Counted from the first letter of the stretch, positions 25,008 through 40,100 are shown. The stretch is 64,000 nt of DNA from Phoronis australis (GCA_002633005.1 NMRA01000066.1:893912-957911); one strand, 5' to 3'. Notes: generated from the letters alone by a model not told the origin. Program-made: numbers and translations.

Positions 25008-28000
25008 TCACTTGTCACCGAAGAATGCTAATCTGTTATTCACAGGAGCTTTAATGAATTTGTCCGACTTCATGTACGCAGCAATTGTTGGAACAGCCTG
25101 TCAACAAACAATTTTAAAGCAATTAAAGCCAGGATATTCAACACGCCTTTCATCACGAAAACAGCTTTAGACTTTGATAATGTAACTTTATATACAAACT
25201 AAACCACAGCTAATAAATATTTGACGCACAAAATGTGCAGAACCGAGCTCGTTCTGGTTAATGCCTACGTTTCGCTGAAAGAAATGCTAATTTTAAACTT
25301 GTTCACTTATAAAATGACGACTCACAATTTATCAGTACACTCAGGACTTTTGCTATCCTACATGTAAATGGGTGCAGTCCTGTGGACACCAGCGGGAAAA
25401 AATTGAGCTCTCTAATCTCATACATATGCCAGCATTTGGAAGTATCCAGTGTAATTCATCTAAAGCGTTAGTCACGCTACCGATTTAGCTGACTTTGTAA
25501 AGAAATTTTAAGCTTGCTCCATTTTAGCATATACAACGTTGAAAGAACATAGTTTCATTTTAGAAATTAAAATTAAAATTAACAAGTCTTATTTTCCATT
25601 GGTGTTAAGTATCTTTTAAGACCGATTTTTTGTTTTACACTCTCACTATAACTGAAAGACAGTTTTGCTATATAAGTGCATCACAATTTCAGTATGAAAA
25701 TTGATTAGCCTGAGTGTATTCATGAGTATCTTCTATACTTTTTACTGTTGCAGAAGAGAGATCAAGCTATTTTAAGGAAATTGATTTAGTGAGCTGAAGA
25801 CAAAATCTTTTACTTTTAAATGACTTTTCATTGAACAAACTTCAAATTCTAGTCGTGAGCCCGAGATGTGCTCGCATTATTCTGTTTTAATCAGAGTATT
25901 GTCAAGCCTCAACTCACCTCGAATCGATTACAGAAGGCTTGCAAGTTAGGGAATGCATCTAGACATGATGGCTGCAGCACTTTGTGTTGGTCAAACATCT
26001 CGTACAAATGGAAGTCACAAGCAGTCAGCTGCAAAAACGAGCAGTGGATTTAATTCAAAAAAGTAAAAGCAATCCCGGTCCAATTTAAGTGCTAAAAACT
26101 TTTGCCGAATAGCTAATCTGCAAAAATCAGGATGTGAATGATTTTCAATTTGATGATTATACAAAAGTGCATCAATGTTACTAAGTTTTTCATTAGTTTT
26201 AATTAATATGTGATTGCCCCTTGCCAAACAATCGTAGAAAGTAGACTAAACCAAACGACACAAAAGACAAGTTCAAGACTAAAAAGAATTAACTTACATT
26301 GTCTCCAGCGAAATATGGTTTGTCGCCCAAAAAATCCGAGAGACCCTGAAGTTTTGACTTGAGTTCCACCAGATAGTTGTCCTTTTCCTTATGCTGGAAC
26401 ACAAATTAAAATCAGTTTTACTCATTCAATGAAACAGTGCCTACGACATTTTACCAGAGTCTGACAGCGTCTTTGTAAAAACGGAATACCTTTGTTGTGA
26501 GCCCTGCATGGTCTACTGGTGCACACATCGATCGCACAAAACATTGATGCCCTCCAGCGTATCCAAATACGTGTCTTTGCTTTTCCTTTTTCTTTGTTTT
26601 ACACAAGACGCTACATGACCGCCACACATTTTCCAATACTGTGGGGACTTTTGCCGCATGAATTTCCCAACCAAATGTTAATTTCATTTAATTTTTTAGA
26701 AACTTAAAATTGCAGTTCACCATGAAATGTGCTACCTATTTCACAATGTTTTCAATACTTTGATTCAACTAAATGTTGAAATAACATCTAAATGCAGAGC
26801 AATCTAGCGAGCCTTAATTCAGGTTTTACATTAAAACGTGAGTTAAATTTTGCCGAACATGATCAAATTACTTTATTTTGCTCTTGAATTCTATGTCTTG
26901 AGTTGCAAAATCCCTAACCATTGCTCAGTTAGTTTGAAAAAGACTACTAATCATTAAGCTTCTAGTGCAATCAAACATTGACTTTCAAGCTTGGAAAATG
27001 TTGTTGTTATAGTAACAACTGATAAGCAACCTTGAGTAGTGCCGTGGACGTGCAATACTACTATAGCGAGGCTTAGTTCCGGGTAAATGTGGTATCTTCA
27101 ACATGGTACATGTAGGATCAAAAAGCGTGGCAAATGGGGAGTCTTGAATAAGATTGCCATTACAAGCTTGAATAAGTTTATTTGAGCAAAATTAATCTTG
27201 TACATTATGACATGGGATTAAGCTCAGTGAATTTAGTGCCGCAACACACCGCTACAATAGTTTTCCCTCATACAATCATTTACTGGAGACACAACGAGCA
27301 GAAATGTTTTTTCATACCTACTGTAAAACTTCTGAAGGGCATTCATTTACAAACACGTTGCACAGTTTTCAAGTATTTTCATTCCGGTATTAGTTGTAAC
27401 TCTCCCCCCAAATTTTGCTTTAGTCATAGTCTAATTGAACACGCAGCACCCATTTGTTTGTCCAACTCCAAACCTCCAATAAAAGTTTGGGGTTCAGAAT
27501 CAGCTTGCATGAAACAGTCCCAAATAATGAGTCAATTAAGTTCCCTAAATCTTTTGCCTGTTTGTGTCTTTCTTTACTCACAGATGTAATATTTTTCTAT
27601 GATTTCATCTTCGTTAAGAGCTTTTCTTTGACTCATGAAATTTCCTAATAACATAACTAAAAACTGAGCCCTGAATTCAATGAAAATGAATAGAGACTTA
27701 GTTATTAAGTTTAGGGGCGTTTATTTTCGGTACTATTGAGAATTCATCGTCAATTTCACTCTCGATTTGTAATAAAATCAAAACTTGACTTTGTAATGAA
27801 ACTAAAACAGAACAAGAAAGGACAAATTTACAATTACGCAGTAGATTTAGCGAGCTTGGTTGAGTCCCTATTTGGAATTGTTTCCTGCAACCGGCCACAG
27901 ATAGCTTTTAAAAGACGTTTACAATTCCCATTTTCAAACCCTAAGCCATTGAATCTTAATCCAACGCATACAGAGAAGCCATTAAGGACCCAAGGAGCGG

Positions 28001-31000
28001 TAATTAAGTCAAGCCGATAATGCGAATAACCTAATCAGTGAATGTTTAATTAAGAATGCAAACTCAACGTATTGAAAAAACAAAACAAAGGGTTCCTTCC
28101 CCACCTATGAACCAAAACAATGCTTTTCAAAGATGGCGCCGCTGCAGTGCGTTTCTCGTTATATAGGTGATGAACCAGTGACACCTATACTGAAAAGTGG
28201 CCCTGTGGTACATGATGAACGACACACGGAATTCGGCACGTGGGCATCAATGCGGATGCTTGGTCCGAAGTTTATCGATCACATCGCCCTCACTTGCCCA
28301 CGCTTTCTATGCACTGTACTTGCTTGGGCTTAAGCCACTGGATCGGGGTTCTCTGAATTTTGTTAAAAAGTTACTGTCCGTTTTAATAAATTGCAACTAT
28401 TCAGGTCAAAGGTGGTCGCCATACTACGTATTAGTAAACTGAAAAGTGTTTCCCAGATTTCAACCAATGGCAATGACTAAACGTTATGACGTAGGTTTCA
28501 TTACTTTAACCAATGAGATGCCATGATAAACAACATTCCATTGTGCTACCTTTCGAAGCACGGTGAAAGAGTGAGTGTAGAACCAAATAAGCTGCAAAGC
28601 GACGTCTTCCGAGAAAACGCACTAACTGATGATTGAATTAGATTTCAACTCACAAAAGTAAAGTAGCATAGCTTTATGAACGCGTTGCGCAGGTCCATAC
28701 ATATCAGCAACATCATGTCGTTACGCACACGTTCCGCCTCCGTTTGACCCACTGAAAAATTGAAAAAAGTTACACACACTCATAAGCTGCATTGGGATAA
28801 ACTGCAAACGGATTCATTCAAAATCATTGCCAGCAAAGTCATCTGTGCTATCCTACACCGGCCATACTCTCTTCAATAAAAACAAAATTTCATCCATCCA
28901 ACAAAGAGGCAGAACCAAAAAATGATCCTGGGGGTACAAAAAAGCACGTACAAAGCTCTGAAAAACTGTACGCCTTTTGCGTTTTTATCTCTGATCGTGT
29001 CCGCATGGTGGCCCGGTGTCGTGTCCAATAATGCATCTGTTCAATAATGCATCCAGGATGTAGTTTGCGTGGTGTGCGCATGCGTCAGTTTTTAGTTTCT
29101 CTGGCTTCCGGCTTTTGCGCAATTCTGCATCCATCGTCAGTCTGTCGTTGATAATGCCCGCTGTAAGCATCACAAATTGATCGTCTGCACCTAAACCTAA
29201 AGAGGCAGAGCCATAAAAGGATCCTGGGGTAGAAAAAAGCGCGTACTAAGCTCAGAAAGACTGTACGGCTTTGGCGTTTTCATCTCTGCTCATGTCCGTA
29301 TAATGGCCCGGACCCCATTGGTCCCCCTTAAATCAGCTTACGGTTAGCAAACAATGATTGCTACATTAATACAACATTTTACTTACAAAGGTTGAACTTC
29401 CTTCCAAGATACTGGAAAATGGCGTTTGTTTCAGTGATTTTAATGTCTCCATCTATGAGATATGGTAACTGAAAGGAAAACAAAGAGAACTTTAGTTGAT
29501 CGGGAAAACATTGCTTGTAATGTAGGCGGCTTCGGTCGAACCGTGGGTCGGTTATCATTTATTTGATTGGTGATATGCCAAAACGTTATATAACTCCTTT
29601 GGATTTCACAAAATCTCGCTATGATAACCAGCAGTTGATCTGTGATAAGTCTAGACATTATGTAATACCATGCATTTTACAAATCGCGGTATGAAAACGT
29701 GATGACCTGCTGCCAACAGCAAGCCTCACGCATTGCCCGACAAAACTTCATAATGCGCCTTATAGTGGTGTATTTCAGAACAAGATTCTGGCACCTGATT
29801 ATCCGCGGATCATTGCACACACACACACACGCAAACACACATACACATGAACACACACACACACACACACGCACGCACGCACATAGAGCATCAGAAAGCC
29901 ATAAACTATTCGCTTGTTTAGTATGACGTGATTTTGCTGTTTTAGACTCAGTCAAATAAAATTAAGAAGCCTGCATTTAAAACAAGAATAATAATTAAGC
30001 ACGATTTAGGTATCGCTTTAACTACTTCAAAAACCTGGACATCTTAACTTTTCTCAACCCCCGGGAGCTGACAACTCCACCCCCGGGATCTTGCCAATTA
30101 ACTTCTCAGTAAACAGGTGATATAAACTTCGATACAACGTTATTTTGCTGCAGTGTGAAAGATTAACTTGGGTGTCATCGAAATTATAAGAAGGAGTCAC
30201 TGTCACGTGCTGTGTTCGTATCTTCCCTTCAGAATGTTCAACATTCCGTTAATATTTGCGTTTTTATTGCCCACATACATACTACAATTTTATTTTCATC
30301 CTAATTAGTTGTACTTGTATTCTGTCATAACAAATTATTGTATTATAACAAATTTCTAATCCATAATAACAGATTCACGCTCTTTCTGGCACTAATGAAC
30401 CTTCACATGATTGTCCGTTTTTTCAAATGACAAATACAGCAGGTTTTCGCAGTGTCATCTACTTTGAGAAAACTTCGCTTCATCATAGACTCTAATAGAA
30501 CGTTGTCTATGATTTTCAGGCTTCATTGAACGATGACGTTTACGTATGGAAGTTTGTAGAATAACTCAAGTTTACTGAAGATTTTCTTCAAAATTAGTCT
30601 GTTTTTTTCGAAGTTATGGTGAAAATCCAGAAGGAAATGGAATGAAAAATAACACTAAATCGTTCGAAAAATAATTAGCCTGGAAATTTTCTAATGAATT
30701 TCGGCGATTTTTATACAAAACTACATTACGCGCTTTGCATCGACGCGGCTCCCTTTACTACCGAAGTCAACTTGGTGGTAAAACACCATTAAGTTATGAG
30801 CGTTCAGTGCTGGCCACTGGAGGAATTGCCATTCATCAAATAATCGGGCTTGGACAATAGGATTATTCCGATAATGACAGGAGAAATTACGCAACTCCAT
30901 AAGTGATTTCCCGGCTCACAAAGCACTGTATGGTTCAGCTGTATTTTGATGTAATCTGCGGGTAATATGTTTTGGCAAATCCAAACTGGCTCATGTGGCC

Positions 31001-34000
31001 TTAATATTTCCGGTTCATTTTAGTTAAAAATTCCATCAAAGGGTTTTAACGCAAGTTAATTCAGACGAAACTGAAGCCCAAATGAAGTTCATTCAAGACA
31101 ATTCTAAATATTATCAAACTTAATTTAATTTATATTATTTGTAAGTTTAATTTTTCTAGTGGTGCACCACCACCTAAAATGGCCACGAAAATGAATGACA
31201 ACTCAGTGACTCACTCAACTACCTCCTTACGTAATGAGGTTCCGCGCGCAAACCCCGCCCGCCCACATAAAAAATAATAGTAAAATAAGGCAAACAAAAA
31301 CAGGGGCTGAACGTTAAGAAATTGTTTATATTTCTATGGACTGACGTGAAATCAACCCTGTGTTCTAAATCCGTGAATGTAAAGGGAAGAGTTTCTAACA
31401 GTAACTTTAAAATGTATTGTTACATTAGTGATTCTAAAACTATCAAGAGGAATCAAATAAACGATATGCGCCAGAATTATACTATAATTTACTCATACTG
31501 CATTTGCATAGTTCATGGCTCGCAACAAGGAACTTTTTTCATTTGTAGTCAAACTTGGGGTAAATCAGCTACGCATTCAAAACATTTCAAAAAAGAATAA
31601 AAAACTTATATTTGGTATTTAATTTCTCTGAGTTTTGACACAAAATTTGACGACAATTTATTATATTCATTGCTAATCACTAAAATAGGCAAAGACCGCA
31701 GTCAAAATTTTGTCAATATTGACTAAGAACCTTTTTTTCGAAAAAATTATATTGGCACAGAAATGGAATTGCAGTTCATGATGTATTCATTCAGTTGTAC
31801 TGAACATTTGTAATCAGACCTAATATCAAGCTTTTTGAATCATCAGGAGGTACAAGTAACAGTGCATACCGCGGATTTCTAAAAACTCACAATTTCCCGA
31901 AGTGATTGTGTGTCCTCGGAAAGTTCTATAGGAAAGAGTGGTGAGGCACTTCCGGCAACGTGTATTGCTTACCACAGCGTGCCTTGAAGAGTAGTGATGT
32001 ACATTGGAACTAGAATATTGAACACACTGGTAGCGGCATTGGAGGATGTGATATGTTGCTACATAAATTTTAACTTTGGTTAAATGAAAATACCATTCAG
32101 GTTTCACTTTAGTAAGTGACCGACGACACCTGGCTGAAAAATCATCAAATCTCTTGAAATACTTTAACGGTTTACTTATGGAGCAAAATTTAAAACAATT
32201 ACAAAGTTGCCACATTCTTCACACACTTGACCCGGCCTGGAAATGCAAAACAATCCCGAAAGAGCTCTTGTGGCCCTTAATTCCAAGTGGGTTTGATGTT
32301 GGTGGGGTCTTTTTCGGAAATTTGCGGTACTCACATTTGGGTATGGCAAGCCTAGACTATGCTTGACGTCCATCCAGCAACTGTTGTCCCAATCATTTTT
32401 CGCTTCTGAAAAGAAAAGGCAAATTTTCATTCCACCTGTCATGACGAAATCTCCCGACAATAACTTTCATAGGAACAATAAACCTTAGGCTATTAAAGTC
32501 GGACATTGGCTATTACTTAAATGATTAAAATGATTCAAAAAGAATTTATACATCCTTGATCATTTTCGTGAATAGTCATGCGACCAATATCAATACGTGT
32601 GCGTTCAAATTACAGTTCATTACTTTTGGAAAATCCAGATATTTTAGGCACACGGTCACCAATCTCTTGGTTGGGTGACAAAAACAATCCACACATAGCA
32701 CTTTATTTTGAAAAGATATGAAATTATGTAACCAATGTCTTTGGCAGAAAAGTAGTTGATAGACACATTGGAAAAGCGATTAGCCGTTGCAGGGCCCATC
32801 CCAGGAGAATAGTGCATGTGGCTTCTGGGAGACCCCCTTCCGGTCGCCACCTCCCAACGACAAAGCCTCGAGTAGCCAAAACTAATGTTTTTTAAAAGTG
32901 ATTCTAACCTTGAGGATCAATTTTGGGTGATTTTAAATATTTTTCGTAAGGAAATGGGATTCGGCCACAATCTTCAAGACGGAATATTTGAAAATATTAA
33001 ATCGAGGCATCGAGGTCATTGTCCTCAAAATTCTTACCATCCCACAGAATTGTATATAGTTTGTCTTCAAAATCAGCGCCAGCGTAAACAAGAAGCAGTC
33101 TAAGTGGCTGAGCCAGCTGAAACAAACAAGGGAGATAATGACTGACATTAGCAGAGCAGACGGTCTCCATTCCTCATGAACCACGTGGAGACTTTTATCA
33201 ACAGGTTTTTCGGATATGTCTCTATAATCCGAAAGTTCATAGGTCTAAAGTTTCGCTAGTCCAAACAATTAAAAATTTCTAGAAATTGCGAAAAGATTCA
33301 AAAGTCAAGGTTCGGTAGTCCGAAAATAATAAAAGCGTCGAGGTTTCTACAGTCCGAGAGCTCTGTGTTTTGAAGGTTCTATAGAACCGGCAGTGGAACC
33401 TTTCGACTATACAAACTTCAGACTATAGAGGCATCGAATTTTGTTGTCGGGCTATGGAATCTGTCACAATTTGGCCCGACTTGTATATGATTTGAATATC
33501 AAGAGATTGCTGTTGTTAGTTGGTCTATGCAGAGCCAACCCCTTTGTATTGTTATTCAAATGTGCCCGTATTGCAAGTGCAGGTAGCAGTCACGATTATG
33601 CTGGTATACACGTGTTACTGTGCAGTTTACCGATAGTTTGGGCAGAGAGCAGTTGTGCTTTGCCACGCTCTTACTTTATATTTGAAGCACATGGTGCTCT
33701 TACCAGTCAAAACGCTTTGGAACACGTAAGTGTGTTTTGTATCGAATATTTGTTAGTACAGGTACTTACTTATATGTTATGCTAGTCAGTCTAATGTACC
33801 TGAGCTTTACGTGCCTTAGCATTTCTTCTAGATGTAATTCGAAAATACCTTTATACTATGGTTGGTTATTGAGTCGGTTGACTTACTTGATTCTGTACCT
33901 ATGTAATTTCTAGGTGACCCTTAAGTTTTATCACCACGCAGCTGAACCATGGGTGCAGGAGGCTGGTCAAGCTGGGCGGCGTAATATTTATCAACGTGAA

Positions 34001-34963
34001 AATCTCTGGTGCTGAGAAGCCAAAGTTTTGGCACGTGTAGGAACATAAAGAGACACCGAGACTCTCGTATCGGCAATTATTACTATGAGTTTGTGTGTTT
34101 TGTGTGTGTGTGTGTGTGTTTGAGAGGTAATATCTATTATATAATTAACTTGTTCTGTTTTGCGTCCTGAGATATTGTCTGATACTAGACGAACTTGACA
34201 GAATCTTTGGACTATAGAACCTTTGCACTTTAGCACCTTCAGACCATAGAACCTTCGGACTATAGAACCTTTGGATTATAGAATCTTCGTACCGTAAAAC
34301 CTTCGGAGTAGGCCTATAGAGCCTTCGTATTATAAGCATGGATTTTTTTCTTACTACCAAGCACGTGCATACTCATATTCATAATAATGCCCAACTCCAA
34401 AGCCCGCTTTTCATCACAAAAAATATTTTGATTCAGACGGCTTAATACGGTAATGAAATTGGTGTCCAATTGTTTCATAGTTTCGCGGCTTCGAAGGAAA
34501 TGACAGTCCAAATTGAAAATTGTCTTTATTTGTGACAGAAGGAGAATTAACAATCCAAAACCCTGTTGAAGATGAATGAACTAGTGACAGCTTTTTATCA
34601 TCCTTCAAGTGTCGCAATTTTCAAGACCAGATTGTAAAAGAAACCGGTACTTTTAGAACCGGTACTTTTAGAATTAAAACCGGTACTTTGCGCATGTATT
34701 TTACGGGTGGTTTTATTCACGATGGCGATAACTGAGTACTCGTATGCAGCCCAAACCCAACGCCCAGAACACAGGGATAATGTAAGCCTATGTCCTTTCA
34801 GGAATTGCATGTCATGATTCACCGTACTAGTTACCCCACAGCATCGAGCAATTCGGCAAACCTTCTTTGTTTTTGCTTTCTATCATCCCTGGGACACTCC
34901 TCAGAGGATCCCAGAGCCCATACTAACCGCTCGAATATCCCAATATCCTACAGTAATCGACAT
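25008..34963 (-). CDS. GSTM: Glutathione S-transferase Mu class, paralog B (complete, 8 exons, 220 aa)
   Basis: Exons: 34928-34963 [12 protein letters not shown]; 33038-33116 [26 protein letters not shown]; 32335-32405 [24 protein letters not shown]; 29387-29468 [27 protein letters not shown]; 28654-28751 [33 protein letters not shown]; 26298-26393 [32 protein letters not shown]; 25918-26028 [37 protein letters not shown]; 25008-25097 [29 protein letters not shown]. Total 663 nt, open, all introns GT-AG. Confidence 0.96.
33462..34200. mobile_element. Solo LTR in GSTM-B intron 1
   Basis: 739 bp, begins TGTCA and ends TGACA, flanked by the 5-bp duplication GAATC (33457-33461, 34201-34205). Paralog A shows the empty site with a single GAATC near 7349. 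Confidence 0.85.
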
Positions 34964-35417
34964 AATGATTGTGATTCAGCGCGAGCGAGAAATCAGGACA
35001 GCAAGTGTACACCTTTCCCTACAGTCCCCGACGCATGCTGTCAATGTGACCAACTAATCAACAGGATTATACGCCGAATAAGCACCGACACATAATTCCT
35101 GGGTCGAGTTCAATAACGTTAGTACCTGGTTAAAAAAGCAAGATCTTGCGAGATTCCGCGACATATCGCTGTACATTTTTGAATAAGAGCAAGTGATTTT
35201 AGCTAGTTTTTTTCTTTCTGCGAGACAGCTATTGAACTTTACCCTGACGAAACAACCAACTATAGATAGATATGGCGTTCCACAAGGGAAGGGGGACAAT
35301 CGAGTATTTTTATGTGACTACATTGCTAATCACCCCCTCAGGATGTATGCCACGCTTCGCAGATTTCATACGAGCAACAAACTTGATGGAAAAGGTTTCC
35401 AAGGTTAGGCCTACATG

Positions 35418-36112
35418 TCACTATGCCGAAGGTTCGCTACTCCGCCAAGGTCCACTACTCCGAAGGTTCGCTACCTTCGAAAATTTACTGCTTCGAATTT
35501 CCCCAATTCCGAAAACCAGAATTCCCACTACTCTGATTGTCTGCTCACGACTCATTCTCAAGCATGCAGGGACAACATCTGGGGCACGGGTCAAGGCTGC
35601 GACGACCAACGGCGGTTTTGAATTTAAGGAGACTGAATGGGACTCCCTGACTTCGTGAAGACTGGCAGGGCCGACTGGCTTATTACCTACATTTAGTTTC
35701 GACCCGGCCGTGCGCTTGGTTCCTTGGGTGAGGTTGAGGCGCAGCGGCCCCAAACTTTTCAGTCCCGCTGCGATGACATGGATTTGAAGAATATATCGTG
35801 GTTTATAATTCATTAATATTCCTACTTCATATTTTTTTAATGCAAACGCGTACTCATCTTTCCGTTCTAGAACATACGGGCAATTTCGCATGCACTGGCA
35901 TGGAAAATGAATCTAGGTAGTGACCACCGTACTTGCCAGCTAGACAAAGTGTTTTAGTACTTGGGCAACTAATAACCGAAGTATCGTTTATTTTTGCGTG
36001 TAAAAGTATAAAAATTACACCTGAGTCTGAAAGATTGATATTTTTGGAGCAGTAGACCTCCGCAATAGTGAACCTTCGGAATAGTAAACCTTCGAAATAG
36101 TGGGCTGATCCC
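35418..36112. mobile_element. Foldback-type element with inverted subterminal 16-17 bp tandem repeats
   Basis: Left CTAyTCCGAAGGTTCr repeats, right AACCTTCGGAATAG repeats. A related array lies in GSTM intron 1 (7120-7480; 33220-34335). Confidence 0.55.
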
Positions 36113-37199
36113 GTTCAGCAATGTAAGAAACTTCATAAACGCGCAATAATACAACCAGATAAACAATTTCGTCAAGTCATTCTCCAACTAAACTTCATAT
36201 TTTCGTTCGAGTACGTAATGAGGTGTAATCATTCATTTAAGAATGCCTGATTTGAAATTCTGGCAGGAGGTAACAAGTTCCGTCTCATCTAAGGAATATA
36301 GAGCTGAGAGTCATGGTCGCGTACACTGCGACTTCCCTTCCCCCTAATTAAGCTGTGTCAAAGGTCGTACTGAAAACTCTACAGTATCGACGTTTGCAAA
36401 GTATCAAATGTCCCTCGTTCTAGAAATTCGAACTACCCCAAGATCAATGCTGGCTACGGACCGGTGCTTTTAAAGATTGACCAGTGTAATTGTTGGTTTT
36501 GTTGACTAATTTTGCCGAGAAATCCCTGATTGTATGGAACCGTACTTCAAGAGCCTCGCTTGATGATCAGCAATAACAAAATGAAAATGAAGAAATGAAA
36601 TTAGGCTTGATAACTACAATTCTCGATCAAAGCTCATCCAAGCAGGCACCCGGAAATTTTCAGTGCAAACTCTGGCTCGCGGCTAGTCTCGGAGTCGCAA
36701 GCTCTAATTATAGAATACACTGGTCATGTGCAGAGTAGGCATTCCAGGGGCAGATTTCTATGCCTAACCTCATGACATGTTACATGATCTTCTTCCGCGG
36801 TGGTCGCAACTGAGAAGCATGATTTGTTTTGCTCACACATATTAAGAACGAATAACAAAGAAATGAACTAGAGTAAGAATACGCGTCTGGTCACTTATGA
36901 ATACAAACAGGTTTTTCATTTTATTTAATGTAATTTGATATACGCCAACTTCAGAGTTGAATCATTTTGTTTGAGAAGAGTGAGTGTGTGATTGGTTTCA
37001 GGGACTATGCAGTGCCTTATCGAGTGCAACTTCATAACCGCAGGTATGTCATAACAGTACGTCACCGGACGGAAAGCCTTGGGTGAAGGGTGGGGTTTTT
37101 GATACCTGACGTATCACCTATTTTTACAACAGTGCGTTGCTGGAAAGAAACATAACAGTGAACTCATTCTTTTAGTAGGTGGAACCCACAAGTAATCGA

Positions 37200-40100
37200 C
37201 TTATCCTCAGAAGGACAACTTCAGGAGTCTCCGAGAGGGAGGATGCAAGAAGAGTCCAGCGACAGACACCAACCGGAACAAATAGGACCACGAATTCGAA
37301 CATCGATCTATCTCATGAACATGCATATGCGGAAAGATTCTGAAGAATGAAAGAGGGTTGAAAATCCACCTAGGCAAGATGAAGTGGTTACGTCAGGTTG
37401 CAAGGCAACGCTTGGGTGCTACGTCCAGTGAGACGGGGGAGGGATTGATCCAGGTCACAAACCACAGCGCCGAAGACCTCCCAGCTACGCAACAGACGGA
37501 AGCATCAGTAGTTGAAGTATTCCAGAATCAAGTCCCAGCCAGTTCAGCAGGTCCACCAAATATCAGGAAGAAGGACCGAATCAAGTGGCCGTCAGCAGTT
37601 GAAAGGAAGGCACGGTCAGCCTCATACGACGACCTGGACAGCGTCTTACGTGTCATTCTTCGTGGTCCAGTAGATATTAAGATTGAGGTTATGACAAGAA
37701 TTGTGTTTCAAGTGTGGACCGCTTTCGAACAGTTGAGAAAAGAAAAGATTTACCCAACCCACGAGGACCAAACAGATGGCAACGGGAAATAGCAACTATC
37801 TGTAGGGAGCTTAGAGAATTCCGTCACCAGTGGAAGGGGGCAGCTGATGACGAAAAGGCAGGAATTACTCATCTGATATCCGATGCCCGCACGCGATTAT
37901 TGCAAAGCTGAACGAAGTGCTCAAAATAGGAAGAAACGGGCTAAGCAGAGGTAGAGGTTCACTAGGAACCCTTATCAGTACGCTTCTAGGCTCCTAGGCA
38001 AGAGTACAGGCGGAACACTTACCTGCACACAGAGAGACTTGGAGGAGCATCTCGCCAAAGTCCAAAGTGATGAGTTGAAAGATACTCCCCTTGGCGACTT
38101 TCCACGTATAGAGGATAAAGATTTGCCAGATGTAGATTTCGATGTGCGGGGGCATTAACAAGTCGGAAGTTGATTTCACTATCAGGAAAGCCCGATCGGG
38201 GTCAGCACCTGGTCCGAGCGGAATTTCCCACAAGGTCTATAAGGATTGTCCCAAGTTGCGCGATAGGCCCTGGAAGCTGTTTAAGGTTCTCTAGAGGAAA
38301 GGCCTTGTTCCAGCCCAGTGGAGCGAGCTGAAGGAGTCTACGTCCCGAAAGAAGAAAACTCGAAGCAGATTGGCCAGTTTCGACTCATTTCACTGCTCAG
38401 TGTAGAGGGAAAGATCTATTTAGCCATTATATATCATCGCCACGTCATCACAGAAAGGCGGGGTGCCAGGCTTTTCTGGATGCCTGGAACATACATGTAA
38501 TTCCACAATTAGTGAACTCATTCAACAACCAAAGAAGGCCAAGAAGAACCTGTCTATGGTGTGGCTCGACATGTCAAATGCGTATGGTTCTGTACCATAT
38601 GTATTAGTTTATTGTGTCATGGATATCTACCGCATTCTCGAGAAAGTCAAAAGTATAGTGAAGTCTTACTACAGCTCATGCGTGATGCGTTTCACGGCTG
38701 CAGAATTCCAACAATCAGTGAGCAGCCAGTCAAGTGCCTGGGCAAGTACTATGACAGCAGCCTACGAGACACATCCCGAGTTAAAGACGTGAAAGCCCAG
38801 CTCAAGGTATGGCTTGAGAAGATCGACAAAGATGGCATACCCGGAAGGATCAAGCTTTGGTGCTATCAGTTCATCTTGCTTCCTCGGCTGAAGAAATGGA
38901 AAGGGCAGCAAGCCGATTCATTTGAAGGTGGCTTGGACTACCAGCGTCTTTCAGCAACGTCGAACTATACTGCAAGTCGTCAAAACTTGTCCTGCCAGTC
39001 TCATCTGTGGTAGAAGAATACAAGGTTACCAAAGTCCGAGCCAGCATCACTCTGCGGAATACATCTGACCAGGCCAGCAAGTGATGCAGTATCCAGTCAC
39101 GCACCGAAAGGAAGTGGTCGACCACCTGGGCGATCAGCGAAGCAGAGAGCCGGCTGAGGCACAGGCAGTTAGTAGGATCAGCTTGCCAGGGTAGGCAAGG
39201 GCTGGGCTACAAGACCAGTAAGCCAGCAAGGGAAAGGTCTAAAGACCGGGCACAGACAGAATAATCAGGGAGGTTAGATCAGCAGAGAACGAAGAAAGGT
39301 ACGCCCGAGCAGTCCAGATGGGCCAGCAGGGAGCATGGACCAAGTGGGACAAAGTCTTACAAAGGGAAGTCAAGTGGGCTGATTTGTGGAAGATGTCTCC
39401 TCTGAAAGCCAAGTTCCTCATTAGAACTGTTTACGACGTACTGCCTACTTCCAGCAACCTTGCTACTCGGGGACTTGCTGACAACCCGTCAGTGTGGACG
39501 CAGATGTACTTTAGAGCACATCCTATCATCTTGCAGCGCGTCCTTGGCATCAGGAAGGTACACCTACCGACACAACCAGGTTCTGAAAGTTTTTGCAAGG
39601 GTGTTGGTCGACGAGGTGAAGAGCAAATCGAAGCCGAGAAGCCACCGCATCGAATTCACCTATTTCATAAGAAGTGGCGATGAGGCGAGTAAAAGGAAGA
39701 CCCCAGCGCAGAAGGGCATCCTGCACACAGCCAACGATTGGAGAGTGTGGGCAGACCTTGCCGGTCACCAGTAATTCTTCCCACAGCACATTTTCCAGAC
39801 GACCCAACGCCCTGACTTGGTTATTTACTCGGACAGTTCCCACCAGGTCATCCTGATTGAACTCACTTCTCCGTGGGAGAGTAGAGTGGAAGAGGCACAC
39901 GAGCGGAAGAACTTGAAGTACAATATGCAGACCTGAGAAATGACTGTCCTTTAACGGCTGGAGATGTTGGAGTTTTTCAGTAGAGGTCGGCTGCCGGGGT
40001 TTTCCGGCCAGTTCATTCATTAGCATGGCGAGATCTCTTGGCGTCTCCGTGTCAGGAAAGAAGGCACTTCTACGCGACGAAGCCAGTGAAGCTGAACAGG

